Positions 1 through 8,997 of a DNA stretch of 31,482 nt are shown here, in pieces. The first letter of the stretch is position 1, and each line of letters starts with the position of its first letter. The stretch is taken from contig JBGGMJ010000166.1 in the NCBI GenBank assembly GCA_041288095.1, forward strand, positions 1 through 31,482. Reading direction: 5' to 3'. This DNA is from Myxococcota bacterium. Lineage in GTDB: Bacteria; Myxococcota; XYA12-FULL-58-9; JALHOP01. Below the pieces are notes generated by a model. It was not told the DNA's origin and did not search any database. It saw nothing but the letters and a program-made list of their open reading frames with translations. Both the position numbers and the translations under genes were made by a program.

Positions 1-1977
1 GTCATCGACGGCGTCCCTGATTGGCGCTTCGACAGCCGCTCGACGACGTTGCCGGTCGAGCAGGAGAGCTGGACCTCGGTCAACGCCGCCACCGACCTCG
101 CGATGATCGCAGTCGACTATAGCGGCAACGCGCACATCACCCTGGATGGCGGCATCAACTGGACCCCCAATGCGATCGCCGGTGGCGTCAATCTCTTTGC
201 CATCGAGCGCATCGGCGCCTATATCCTCGCCGTCGGCAGCGGCGGTCAGATGCGCGCGACGGTGACCCCATTTGGCTCGTGGTCGTCACCCGCGAGCGGC
301 ACCGGCGTTCAGCTCAACGAAATTTGCCACGACGGCACGACGCTCTACGTTGTCGGCAATAGCGGTTATGTAGCGACCTCGGTGAACGGCACCGCCTTTT
401 TCAACACCACGGTCGCGGGCGTCGGCGATGTCCTTTCCTGCGCCGCGGTGCCCGGCGCGGGTGCCTACGCCGCGACCTCGACCGGCGCGGTGTTCAAGAT
501 CACCCACACGGGAGCGGCTCCGGCCATCTCCGAGAACACGGCGGTGGCGGGCAACGACCTCATGGCCATCGCTTATGTCGCCTCGCCGACGCCCAAGCTC
601 GTCACCGTCGGCATCAATTTGGCCTTCGAGCGCGCCATCGGCGCGAGCGCCTGGACCGCCATCGCTACGCCTGGAACGCTCACCCCCGAGCGCCTGCGGG
701 TCTTCGGCGATACGTTGTACGTTGTCGGCTATAACGGATTATTTTCGGGCACGCCGACGAGCTCGACCAACTGGACCAACTACGGCTCCGGTACCGGCAC
801 TCGCATCAGCGATCTCACGGTCACGGGCAAGGTGGCGATTCTCGTTGCCGACGGCGGTGTCGTCTTGCGCGTCGGCATTCCCGAGCTGGCCTTCGACGGC
901 GACAGCCTCACCGTGCCGCGAACCGCCCCCGGAGCCACCGGCCAGGCGACCATCGCCTTGCGCAACATCGGCAAGGGGCTTCTCTACACCAGCGCTCCGT
1001 CAGTAACGGCACCGTTCACCGCTGCCTACGATTGCGACGGCACCCTCGAGGAATCGGAAGAGTGCGAGGTCACCGTGTCGCTGAGCTCGACCACGCGCGG
1101 CGTTTACACGGGTACCCTCACCGTGCCGAGCAGCTCTCGCGTGCCGCGCAGCGTGACGGTCCAGGGCCTCGTCGGTAACGATGCCATGATCACCGCGACC
1201 CTGGACGGCACCACGCCGGTGTCCACGGTCGACTTCGGTAACGTCCCGGTCGGAGCTCCGGTGACGCGTACCGTGCTCGTTCGCAACGCCGGCGACGCGC
1301 CGCTGACCATCGCAACGGTTGCGCAGCTCGCGGTGCCGACCGCGCCGTTCGCCATCACGGACAACCAGTGCACCGGGCAGATCATCGCCGCCGGCGCCAC
1401 CTGTCCGATCACCGTCAGCTTCCGGCCCTTCGGTCAGGACGGCGCCGCACAGGCCTTCGACATCACCTCCAACGACAGCACCACCCCGCGTCTCTTGGTG
1501 CAGCTCGTCGGTGTCGGCACACCGCCGGCGGACATTCGCGTCGACGCCGCGCTCGCTTTCCCGGACACTCGGGTGCGCGACTCCGCCGAAGCGACATTGC
1601 TCATCCGCAACGTCGGCCGCGGGCCGCTCGACGTCCAGACCCTGGCGGTGACCGAGGGCGGGGACGAGTTCACGGTGGTGGATGCGGATCCGTTCACGGT
1701 CGCACCCGGTGAAAGCGCCGAGCGCAAGGTTCGCTTCGCTCCCGCGGTCGGCGGCGAGAAGACGGCGCGCTTGGTCGTCACCAGTAACGACCCCGATGCC
1801 GGAGACAAGGCCGTCACCATGACCGCCATCGCGCTTGCCGAAAGTGGCGGGGCAACCGAAGACGATGGTTGCGCGGCGACGAGCCCTCAGTGGCTCACGT
1901 TGCTCGCTATTTGCGCTTACGCCGCATGTCGATGTGCTCGACCCCGGCATCGTCGTACGGCTCCGAGTCGCGCTTGA
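1..1977 (+). CDS. Large secreted/surface protein (5'-truncated by window): BNR/Ycf48-like beta-propeller repeats, three choice-of-anchor D (ASH/Ig-like) domains and a Myxo-CTERM-like C-terminal anchor
   Basis: Frame is open from base 1 (VIDGVPDWRFDS...), so the start lies upstream. Repeats TLDGGINWT, WSSPASGTGVQL, WTNYGSGTGTRI. Ig-like units with RNxGxxxL (LRNIGKGLL, DFGNVPVG...VRNAGDAPLTI, IRNVGRGPLDV) and SNDP/SND motifs. Tail GG..DDGCAA-hydrophobic-basic. Confidence 0.8.
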   Translation, partial: VIDGVPDWRFDSRSTTLPVEQESWTSVNAATDLAMIAVDYSGNAHITLDGGINWTPNAIAGGVNLFAIERIGAYILAVGSGGQMRATVTPFGSWSSPASGTGVQLNEICHDGTTLYVVGNSGYVATSVNGTAFFNTTVAGVGDVLSCAAVPGAGAYAATSTGAVFKITHTGAAPAISENTAVAGNDLMAIAYVASPTPKLVTVGINLAFERAIGASAWTAIATPGTLTPERLRVFGDTLYVVGYNGLFSGTPTSSTNWTNYGSGTGTRISDLTVTGKVAILVADGGVVLRVGIPELAFDGDSLTVPRTAPGATGQATIALRNIGKGLLYTSAPSVTAPFTAAYDCDGTLEESEECEVTVSLSSTTRGVYTGTLTVPSSSRVPRSVTVQGLVGNDAMITATLDGTTPVSTVDFGNVPVGAPVTRTVLVRNAGDAPLTIATVAQLAVPTAPFAITDNQCTGQIIAAGATCPITVSFRPFGQDGAAQAFDITSNDSTTPRLLVQLVGVGTPPADIRVDAALAFPDTRVRDSAEATLLIRNVGRGPLDVQTLAVTEGGDEFTVVDADPFTVAPGESAERKVRFAPAVGGEKTARLVVTSNDPDAGDKAVTMTAIALAESGGATEDDGCAATSPQWLTLLAICAYAACRCARPRHRRTAPSRA

Positions 1978-2377
1978 AGCCCAAGGCTTCATAGAACGGC
2001 TCGAGGTACTGTTGTGCGCTGATGCGGATGTCGTGGCTCGGGAACTCCTCGTCCAGAACCTTGAGGCATTCCTTCATGATGGCGCGGCCGAGACCACGCT
2101 TGCGGCGCTCCGGGATGATCACCAGGCGTCCGAAAGTCGTGATTTCCTCGTCGAGATCGTCGCGATAGCGGGGACCGAAGAGGCGGGCGTAGCCCAGGAC
2201 CATGCCGGTCGGATCGACCGCGAGCAGATGACGCGCTTCGACATCACGGCCGTCGAGGTCCGCGTAGGGCGACTTTTGCTCGACGACGAGAATGGCCTGC
2301 CGCAGCTGGAGGAGCGCATAGAGGGTGCGGGGGTCGAGCTCCTCGAAAGTTCGCCAGACGAGCTTCACGTCTTCCAT
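1907..2377 (-). CDS. elaA: ElaA-family GNAT N-acetyltransferase
   Basis: LYALLQLRQAILVVEQKSPYADLDGRD, FGRLVIIPERRKRGLGR, ISAQQYLEPFYEALGF, PYDDAGVEHIDM are hallmark ElaA motifs. ATG at 2377 preferred over the 2395 ORF start. Confidence 0.88.
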   Translation of the reverse strand: MEDVKLVWRTFEELDPRTLYALLQLRQAILVVEQKSPYADLDGRDVEARHLLAVDPTGMVLGYARLFGPRYRDDLDEEITTFGRLVIIPERRKRGLGRAIMKECLKVLDEEFPSHDIRISAQQYLEPFYEALGFKRDSEPYDDAGVEHIDMRRKRK

Positions 2378-2384
2378 GGCGGCT

Positions 2385-2390
2385 ACCATA
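2385..2390 (-). promoter_or_regulatory. Putative -10 box (TATGGT) 7 nt upstream of the elaA ATG, leaderless-type
   Basis: Minus strand reads TATGGT-agccgcc-ATG; no Shine-Dalgarno sequence. Confidence 0.4.
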
Positions 2391-2415
2391 CGCAAGATCG
2401 TTAGCCCCTGTCGAC

Positions 2416-2472
2416 TTGACCAACGCGTGCCACCCGTCTATTCGTCGCCGCCACAAATCACGCTGGTAGGGT
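2416..2472 (+). promoter_or_regulatory. Putative sigma70-type promoter(s) for the 2480-degP-DUF1844 unit
   Basis: TTGACC(2416-2421)-N17-TATTCG(2439-2444); also TAGGGT(2467-2472)-N7-ATG(2480). Confidence 0.4.
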
Positions 2473-2479
2473 TCTATTC

Positions 2480-2674
2480 ATGGCGAAGCTTTCCGAAGAG
2501 ATCCTGTTCGATTCGCGCTTGGTCGAGCGCCACATCCGTCAGGGCCTGACGACCCGCGCCGAATACGACGCGTGGCTGAAGAAGCTGCCCGACTCCGAAG
2601 AGCACCGTGACGTCATCGACATGGACGTGCTCACCAACGGCCGTGGCCACGACGACGCCGATCAGCCGTCGTAA
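2480..2674 (+). CDS. Small hypothetical protein (64 aa)
   Basis: Good codon usage. FDSRLVERHIRQGLTTRAEYDAWLKKLPD resembles small proteins I recall from deltaproteobacteria. Ends 7 nt before the degP ATG. Confidence 0.7.
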   Translation: MAKLSEEILFDSRLVERHIRQGLTTRAEYDAWLKKLPDSEEHRDVIDMDVLTNGRGHDDADQPS

Positions 2675-2681
2675 TTCGTTT

Positions 2682-4001
2682 ATGCGCGGCCTGGCTTGCC
2701 TTGCCCTGATGCTCTGCATCGGTGGTGGCACGGCTCGCGCTGCCGCACCCGAGCCCGTGGAGCGCCGCTCCGCTATCGTGCGCGCTGTCGAGAGGGTGTC
2801 GCCGGCGGTCGTGAGTGTGCGCGTGACCATGGTGGTGACGCGTGCCGCATCTCCCTTCGGCTGGTTCTTCCGCGACTTTCGCGGGCCACAGCGCAAGCGC
2901 GAGGAAGCACAGGCGCAAGGCTCGGGCGTCGTCATCGATGACCGCGGCTACGTGTTGACCAACTATCACGTGGTGCAGGGCGCCGACCGCATCCTGCTCG
3001 ACGGAGTCGACGGCAAGAGCTACGAGGCGGACGTCGTCGGCACCGCGCCCGACCACGACCTCGCGGTGTTGCGCTGCCGGACCAAGACGGCGCTATCCCA
3101 CGTGCCCATCGGCACGAGCCGCGACCTGATGATTGGCGAGTCGGTGATCGCCATCGGTAATCCGTTCGGTCTCTCGCACACTGTCACGACGGGCGTCGTG
3201 AGCGCGTTGCACCGCACCATCCACACCGAAGAGCGCGACTACATCGACTTCATCCAGACGGACGCGTCGATCAACCCGGGTAACTCCGGTGGTCCGCTGC
3301 TCAACGTGAATGGCGAGCTGATCGGTGTGAACACCGCGATCTACGGCCACGCCCAGGGCATCGGCTTCGCAATTCCCATCGACAAGGCGAAGCGCATCGT
3401 CGACGACCTCATCGCCCATGGCGAGGTGCGGCGGCCGTTCTTCGGCTTCGACACGCAAGCGCTCACTCCCGAGCTCGCCACGAGCTTCGGTGTGACCGAC
3501 CCGGGTGGCGCGGTGGTGTCGCAGGTGGCCAAGGAGGGCCCCGCCACCGGCAAGCTCCGCGATGGCGACGTCATCCTCAGCATCGACGGCACGCGGGTCG
3601 TCGACGACGATGGTCTGCGTGCCATGCTGGGCGACTACACCGTCGGCAGCAACGTCAGCTTGAAGGTCATGCGCGAGACCAAGCCGGTCGACATCGTGGT
3701 GCAAGCGCAAGAGCTTTCAGTGGCGCAGGCCATGCAGCGTCTGCGCGAGCGTACCGGTCTCGAGATCGAACAAGCGGCCGCCCAGGGTGGGTCCGTCATC
3801 GCGGTCAAGCGTGTGCAGACTGGCTCGCCGGCGGCCCGTATCGGTCTGCAGCGTGGCGATGTGGTGCGAGCGGTCGACTCCCAACGCGTGGGTAACCTCG
3901 ACGCCTTCGGAAAGGCGCTGGCGCGCAGTTATTGGCGCGGTGAGGTCATTTTGATGATCTCGCGGGGCCGCGCCTGGCAGCAGCTCGCGTTCAAGCTTTA
4001 G
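2682..4001 (+). CDS. degP: HtrA/DegP-family periplasmic serine protease with two PDZ domains
   Basis: Signal peptide MRGLACLALMLCIGGGTARA. Catalytic triad motifs LTNYHVV, HDLAVLR, IQTDASINPGNSGGPL. PDZ motifs GPATGKLRDGDVI and GSPAARIGLQRGDVV. ATG 2682 preferred over 2607. Confidence 0.95.
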   Translation: MRGLACLALMLCIGGGTARAAAPEPVERRSAIVRAVERVSPAVVSVRVTMVVTRAASPFGWFFRDFRGPQRKREEAQAQGSGVVIDDRGYVLTNYHVVQGADRILLDGVDGKSYEADVVGTAPDHDLAVLRCRTKTALSHVPIGTSRDLMIGESVIAIGNPFGLSHTVTTGVVSALHRTIHTEERDYIDFIQTDASINPGNSGGPLLNVNGELIGVNTAIYGHAQGIGFAIPIDKAKRIVDDLIAHGEVRRPFFGFDTQALTPELATSFGVTDPGGAVVSQVAKEGPATGKLRDGDVILSIDGTRVVDDDGLRAMLGDYTVGSNVSLKVMRETKPVDIVVQAQELSVAQAMQRLRERTGLEIEQAAAQGGSVIAVKRVQTGSPAARIGLQRGDVVRAVDSQRVGNLDAFGKALARSYWRGEVILMISRGRAWQQLAFKL

Positions 4002-4049
4002 CCGGGCGTGCTTGATCCAACGCGGCCCATCGTGGCAGGTCATGCGGCA

Positions 4050-4550
4050 ATGAGCGAAGAAGAGCAGGAAAAAAAGGGCTTCCGCATCGTCGACAAGCGA
4101 CGTTTCAACTCGGAAGGCGAGACCCGCGCCGACGCCCCCGAGCGTCCCGAGCCACCGCCACAGCCGGCCGCGCCGCCGCGCCAAGCCCCACCAGCGCAGC
4201 GCACCGATGCGCGTGGTCCATCCGCGTCGCCGACCGACGACACCCAGCCCCGCCAGCAGCAGCAGCGCGGCGGCGGCATGGACTTCATTTCGTTCATCGC
4301 CTCGCTCGCGACTCAGGCCTTGGCGGCTCTCGGCGCCTTGCCCGAGGCGCGGGCTCAGGGCATGCCGGTCAGCATCGAGATGGCGCGCGAGTACATCGAG
4401 ATCATCGCCATGCTCCAGGACAAGACGCGCGGCAACTTGAGCCGCGAAGAAGACGCGGCCCTGCAGCGGGTCATGACCGAGCTGCGCATGGTCTACGTCG
4501 AGGTCACCCAGCGCGGCGCCAAGGCGCCGCAACCGCAGCCGAAGCGCTAA
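4050..4550 (+). CDS. DUF1844 domain protein
   Basis: KGFRIVDKRRF N-terminus, Pro/Gln linker, FISFIASLATQAL...AREYIEIIAMLQDKTRGNLSREE...LRMVYVE. ATG 4050 preferred. Confidence 0.85.
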   Translation: MSEEEQEKKGFRIVDKRRFNSEGETRADAPERPEPPPQPAAPPRQAPPAQRTDARGPSASPTDDTQPRQQQQRGGGMDFISFIASLATQALAALGALPEARAQGMPVSIEMAREYIEIIAMLQDKTRGNLSREEDAALQRVMTELRMVYVEVTQRGAKAPQPQPKR

Positions 4551-5083
4551 GGAGCCGGGCAGCCCACCGGGTCTTGCGTTAGGTTCTCGGGAGCGTGTCC
4601 AACGTTGGCGTCGTAGAACGACCGCAACGCCGCCGTGTCGACGCAGTCGCTGGTCATACGCACGCCCCAGGAGACGACGGCGACGCGGCTGTCCATTTCA
4701 GCGTACGGCGCCATCACGGCGCGGCCGGGCGGCAGGCTCTCCACGAAGGCGGTCAGCGCGGCGACGTCGTCATCGCAACCCTCAGGGCAGTCGTAGAGAA
4801 AGACCAAACCGCCGTGCTCGAGGTTGTGCACCCAGCGTTCGGTGCGGACCGCGTGATCGTAAATGCCCCACGGCACCCAGCACGGGTCGTGCTGTCCCCC
4901 GGACGGAGGCAGGGTTTCGTAGGCGACGTCGGAAAGCGTGTGCTGCCGGTTTCCGATCTCGAAGGTCTCGAGCAGGCAGTCACCGCCGCAAGCATCGCAG
5001 TTGTTGGTGTCTTTGAGCTCGGTTTTGTCGTTCCCGCAGGAGGTGACCGCGACCAAGGCGACGAGCACGACAAGTCGAAGCAT
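4547..5083 (-). CDS. DUF3105 domain lipoprotein
   Basis: Lipobox VTSC after a hydrophobic stretch. PPSGGQH..W..WGIY and WVHNLEHGGLVFLYDCP are typical of DUF3105. Confidence 0.85.
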   Translation of the reverse strand: MLRLVVLVALVAVTSCGNDKTELKDTNNCDACGGDCLLETFEIGNRQHTLSDVAYETLPPSGGQHDPCWVPWGIYDHAVRTERWVHNLEHGGLVFLYDCPEGCDDDVAALTAFVESLPPGRAVMAPYAEMDSRVAVVSWGVRMTSDCVDTAALRSFYDANVGHAPENLTQDPVGCPAP

Positions 5084-5142
5084 GGGCGCCCTCTAGCCGC
5101 TTTCACGAGGAACCAGCAAGACGTGATGCCGGCGCCTGCTGA

Positions 5143-5790
5143 TCAGAGCGTCTGTGCTCTGAGGCGCATGCTGCTCTCGGCGCCGCAGAGATCGCAGGTC
5201 ACATAGCGGCGCACGAAGCCCGGCTTGTCGGCGATCGCCTGATCACGCGAGCGCAAAATACCCTCCTTGCACTCGGGGCAGGTGATGATGGCGTACGGAT
5301 TTTCCGCCATCGCGTTCGCGACGCGCGTCCAGTGCTCGCGGGTCAGGGTCGGCTCGACGGGCGCGAGGTCGGGCGGAACGAAGGCCCGGCGCGCCGGCAC
5401 CGAAAAAAGCAGCTCGCGCGAGTAGAAACGCAGCGGCCATTCGCGCTCGCCTTCGGCGGAGACCAGCAGCGCGTTGACCTGGCTGACGATGGGCGAGGTG
5501 GAGCGCCGGCTCACGTGCCCGCGGATGCCGATGATGAAGCAGCGGGTGATGGTGTCGTGGTAGCCCGTGGTGTCGTCGTTCACGCCACCTGTGGCCTGGT
5601 TGTAGCCCGAGATGATGTCACGCACTTGCTCGTCGAGGTTGATGTCGGGCCGCTCGAGCAGGATCCACATGATGGCACCCAAGTGCGCCTCGTGCGTCCA
5701 CTCGGACTTCGGCAGCGTCCGGTCGAGGAGACCGCGTCCGACGCGACGAACGGCCTCGTCGTCGGCGAAAAGGCGGGGGGCGTGGGCCAT
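5143..5790 (-). CDS. Conserved hypothetical protein with C-terminal CxxC...CxxC (zinc-ribbon-like) extension
   Basis: LPKSEWTHEAHL, GYHDTITR, YSRELLFSVPARRAFVPPDLAP core, followed by CPECKEG...CDLCG. Confidence 0.75.
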   Translation of the reverse strand: MAHAPRLFADDEAVRRVGRGLLDRTLPKSEWTHEAHLGAIMWILLERPDINLDEQVRDIISGYNQATGGVNDDTTGYHDTITRCFIIGIRGHVSRRSTSPIVSQVNALLVSAEGEREWPLRFYSRELLFSVPARRAFVPPDLAPVEPTLTREHWTRVANAMAENPYAIITCPECKEGILRSRDQAIADKPGFVRRYVTCDLCGAESSMRLRAQTL

Positions 5791-5812
5791 CGGCGCCGAC
5801 TATATCTAAGTC

Positions 5813-7486
5813 GTGGCGTTTCTCATTCTGTTTCGCGAGGTCTGGCGGTACGCCGGCCGCGATCGCTGGAAGATCGTCGTCTACGTGTTGCTGCATCTCG
5901 TGGCCGCCGTGGGGCCGCTGGCGACGCCGCTCGTCTTCGCGCAGATCTTGAACAGCCTGCAGACCGAGACCGGTGAGCAGATGCTCGCCACGGTGGTGCG
6001 CTGGACCCTGGTCTGGGCGGCGCTGTTCGTCTGGTTCAACGTCTTCCATCGCATCGGGCGCTGGTTCGAATTCGACGTCGGCTATCGCCTGAAGCGCACC
6101 TATTTGAACCGCTACTATCGCATCGCGACCGACCTGCCTTTGGCGTGGCACACCGATCATCACTCCGGTGAGACCATCGACCGCATCAACCTCGCGGCCG
6201 GCGCCCTTCACGAATTCAGCCTGCGCCAGTTCGTCTACATCGACCAGCTGATGCGCTTTGGCGGAACGCTCATCGTGCTCGCGGTGATGTCGTGGCGCGT
6301 TGCCGTCGTTGCCATGGTGGTCTCGGTCGCGACCATCGTCATCGTGCAAGCGTTCGACAAGCGCTTGGTCGTCGCGTTCGCGCGCTTGAACGCGGTCAAC
6401 CACCGAACGCAGGCGACGTTCTTCGACTACGTCAGCAACATCAAGACGATCATCACGCTGCGTCTCGGTGAGCGCACCGCCAAGGAGCTCGACGCCCGCA
6501 TCGCCGACGGCTACGCGCCCTTCATGCGCGCCGAAACCTACCTGAACGCCATGAAGTGGGCGACGGTGACTGTTTGCATGATGGCGCTGCAGGTCGGCAC
6601 CATCTTCTATTACATCTGGCTCCGGCTGCGCGACGGCGGCGGCCTGCTCATCGGTAACGTCGCGGCGGTGTTGCAGTACCTCGAGCAGCTCAGCGGCACC
6701 TTCGGCGGCATTGCCGGCGAATATCAGCAGATCATCCACTGGCGGCAAAACTACAAGGCGGTGGCGGATCTCGAGGCGTCCATTCCGGCGGACGCACGGC
6801 TGGCCCACGAGGCGTTCGCATGGCGCGACATCGCGGTCGAGGGTTTGAGCTTCGGCTATGCGGACGGGGTCACGTTGCACGACGTGAGCCTTCGTCTTAC
6901 CCCCGGAGAGCGCGTCGCTCTCGTCGGCGAGAGCGGCTCGGGCAAGTCAACGCTGATGGCCTTGCTGCGCGGGCTCTACGAAGCACGCACTGTTCGCTTG
7001 AGCATCGACGGCAAGGCGTCCGGGACGCTCGCGCCGCTCGGCGGCATCACGACGCTCATTCCGCAGGAACCAGAGATCTTCGAGAACACCATCCGCTACA
7101 ACATCACCGTCGGCCTCGACTATCCCGACGCCGCGGTACAGGAGGCGCTGCGCTTGTCACGCTTCGACCGCGTCGTCGAGAAGCTGCCCAAGGGCCTCGA
7201 CGCCGACGTCCGCGAAAAAGGTGTGACGCTCTCCGGCGGTGAACGCCAGCGTCTGGCTCTCGCGCGCGGGATTCTGGCCGCCGCGAATAGCTCGCTGATC
7301 CTCATGGACGAGCCCACGAGCAGCGTCGACGAAGCCAACGAAGCCGCCATCTACGAGAACATCTTCACCAGGTTCCCCGACAGCGCCATCGTGGCCTCCG
7401 TTCATCGCCTGAGCCTGCTCGCCCGCTTCGACCGTGTCATCGTCATGGACAAAGGCCGCGTCGTGCGCGAGGAAAGGAAGACATGA
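5813..7486 (+). CDS. ABC exporter, fused permease + ATP-binding subunit
   Basis: N-terminal TM helices. Walker A GESGSGKST, Q-loop IPQEP, signature LSGGERQR, Walker B LILMDEPTS, H-loop SVHRL. GTG start. Confidence 0.93.
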   Translation: MAFLILFREVWRYAGRDRWKIVVYVLLHLVAAVGPLATPLVFAQILNSLQTETGEQMLATVVRWTLVWAALFVWFNVFHRIGRWFEFDVGYRLKRTYLNRYYRIATDLPLAWHTDHHSGETIDRINLAAGALHEFSLRQFVYIDQLMRFGGTLIVLAVMSWRVAVVAMVVSVATIVIVQAFDKRLVVAFARLNAVNHRTQATFFDYVSNIKTIITLRLGERTAKELDARIADGYAPFMRAETYLNAMKWATVTVCMMALQVGTIFYYIWLRLRDGGGLLIGNVAAVLQYLEQLSGTFGGIAGEYQQIIHWRQNYKAVADLEASIPADARLAHEAFAWRDIAVEGLSFGYADGVTLHDVSLRLTPGERVALVGESGSGKSTLMALLRGLYEARTVRLSIDGKASGTLAPLGGITTLIPQEPEIFENTIRYNITVGLDYPDAAVQEALRLSRFDRVVEKLPKGLDADVREKGVTLSGGERQRLALARGILAAANSSLILMDEPTSSVDEANEAAIYENIFTRFPDSAIVASVHRLSLLARFDRVIVMDKGRVVREERKT

Positions 7487-8997
7487 AGCGTGTCGCGCTG
7501 TTGGCGCTAACCATCGCCTGCGCGGCGAAGGGCCCACGGCCACATCGGGATGCCTTGGCGGACGTCGTGTTCGCGCGGGTCGTCGACGAAGCTCGCTCGC
7601 TCGCAAGTCACGAATTCGATCGCGGCGACAGCGACCCCATGCCCGAGACCCTCGCGAGCCTCGACTACCAAGGCTACGTCGGCATCCAGTTTCGGGCGGC
7701 GAAGAATATCCGCCTCGGCGATGGCTTCGCGGTGCAGCTTTTCCATCGCGGCGGAATCTACGATCGGCGCGTCGACATTTTCGTGCAGCCGCGAGACGGC
7801 GAGGCGCGCAAGGTCGCCTACGACGCGAGCCTCTTCGATCTCGGGCCGGCGCTGGCGGGGCAGTCTTTTCCTGCGGACTTGGGCTTCGCGGGGCTACGCG
7901 TCTACCACGGCACGCCGAAGGTCTCGCCGGAGTTTTTGGTCATGCAGGGCGCGTCGTACTTCCGGCTGGTCGGGGACGGCCAAAGCTACGGCGCCTCGGC
8001 GCGCGGCGTCGCCGTCGACACCGGGCTCCCGCATCCCGAGGAGTTTCCCGAGTTCTTCGCTTTCTGGTTGATCGAGCCCGAGGTCGGCTCGAAGCAGCTG
8101 CCGATCGTCGCGCTGCTCGATGGTCCGAGCGTCACCGGCGCCGTTCGCTTCGTGCTCGAGCCGGGAAAGACCACCGTGGTCGACGTCGAGGCCACTATCT
8201 TCGTGCGCAAGCCGGTGGAACGGCTAGGCCTCGCGCCGCTCACCAGCATGTTCTGGCACGGTAGCAACGGCCCCGCCGACCACAGCGACGACTATCGACC
8301 GCAGACTCACGATTCCGACGGTCTTTTATTGCGCACAAAAGACGAGGTCGGCGCCTACCGTCCCCTCGTCAACGGTCGCGACGCGCCGAGAACCTCGTCG
8401 TTTCGTGTGAAAGACTTGCACGCGTTCGGCTTGATGCAGCGTGAGCGAAACTTCGCCGTCTATCAAGACGTCGAGAGCCGCCAGGAAGCGCGACCCGGCT
8501 TGTTGATCGAGCTCGCCAAGCCCTGGAGCGGCGCGGTGCATCTCTACGAGATTCCAACGCGCAACGAGTACCTCGACAACATCGTCGCCTACCTGCAGCC
8601 GGATCCGCTGCCGCGCCAGGGAGAGCGCATCGACATTGCCTATCGCATCCGTACGGTGGGCGACGACGAGAGAGCTCCCATCGCGCGCGTCGTCGGCACC
8701 CACATTGGTCCCGTCGACCGCCTGCGACCGCCCGACGTGCCACAACCGACGTGGCGCATCTACGTCGTCGACTGGCGGGGCGACTCGCTGCCACGCGACC
8801 CCAAAGTGTCCGTTTCAGCGGTCGTGAGCGCGTCGAGCGGCGCCGTCGTCGACCCGGTGGTGCAATACGTGCCTCAGACCGGCGGTTGGCGCGTCTGGTT
8901 CGAGCATCGGCCGGACGGCGACAAGCCGCTGGAGTTTCGTGCTTACCTCGAGAGCGGCGGCCGCCAGGTCACCGAGACCTGGCTTTACGGTCCGTGA
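7483..8997 (+). CDS. opgG: Periplasmic glucan biosynthesis protein OpgG/OpgD (MdoG family)
   Basis: QGASYFR, YGASARGVAVDTG, EEFPEF, LGLAPLTSMF, RPQTHDSDGL, FGLMQRERNF, DNIVAY, ETWLY C-terminus. ATGA overlap with the ABC gene. OpgG versus OpgD not resolved. Confidence 0.92.
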   Translation: MKRVALLALTIACAAKGPRPHRDALADVVFARVVDEARSLASHEFDRGDSDPMPETLASLDYQGYVGIQFRAAKNIRLGDGFAVQLFHRGGIYDRRVDIFVQPRDGEARKVAYDASLFDLGPALAGQSFPADLGFAGLRVYHGTPKVSPEFLVMQGASYFRLVGDGQSYGASARGVAVDTGLPHPEEFPEFFAFWLIEPEVGSKQLPIVALLDGPSVTGAVRFVLEPGKTTVVDVEATIFVRKPVERLGLAPLTSMFWHGSNGPADHSDDYRPQTHDSDGLLLRTKDEVGAYRPLVNGRDAPRTSSFRVKDLHAFGLMQRERNFAVYQDVESRQEARPGLLIELAKPWSGAVHLYEIPTRNEYLDNIVAYLQPDPLPRQGERIDIAYRIRTVGDDERAPIARVVGTHIGPVDRLRPPDVPQPTWRIYVVDWRGDSLPRDPKVSVSAVVSASSGAVVDPVVQYVPQTGGWRVWFEHRPDGDKPLEFRAYLESGGRQVTETWLYGP

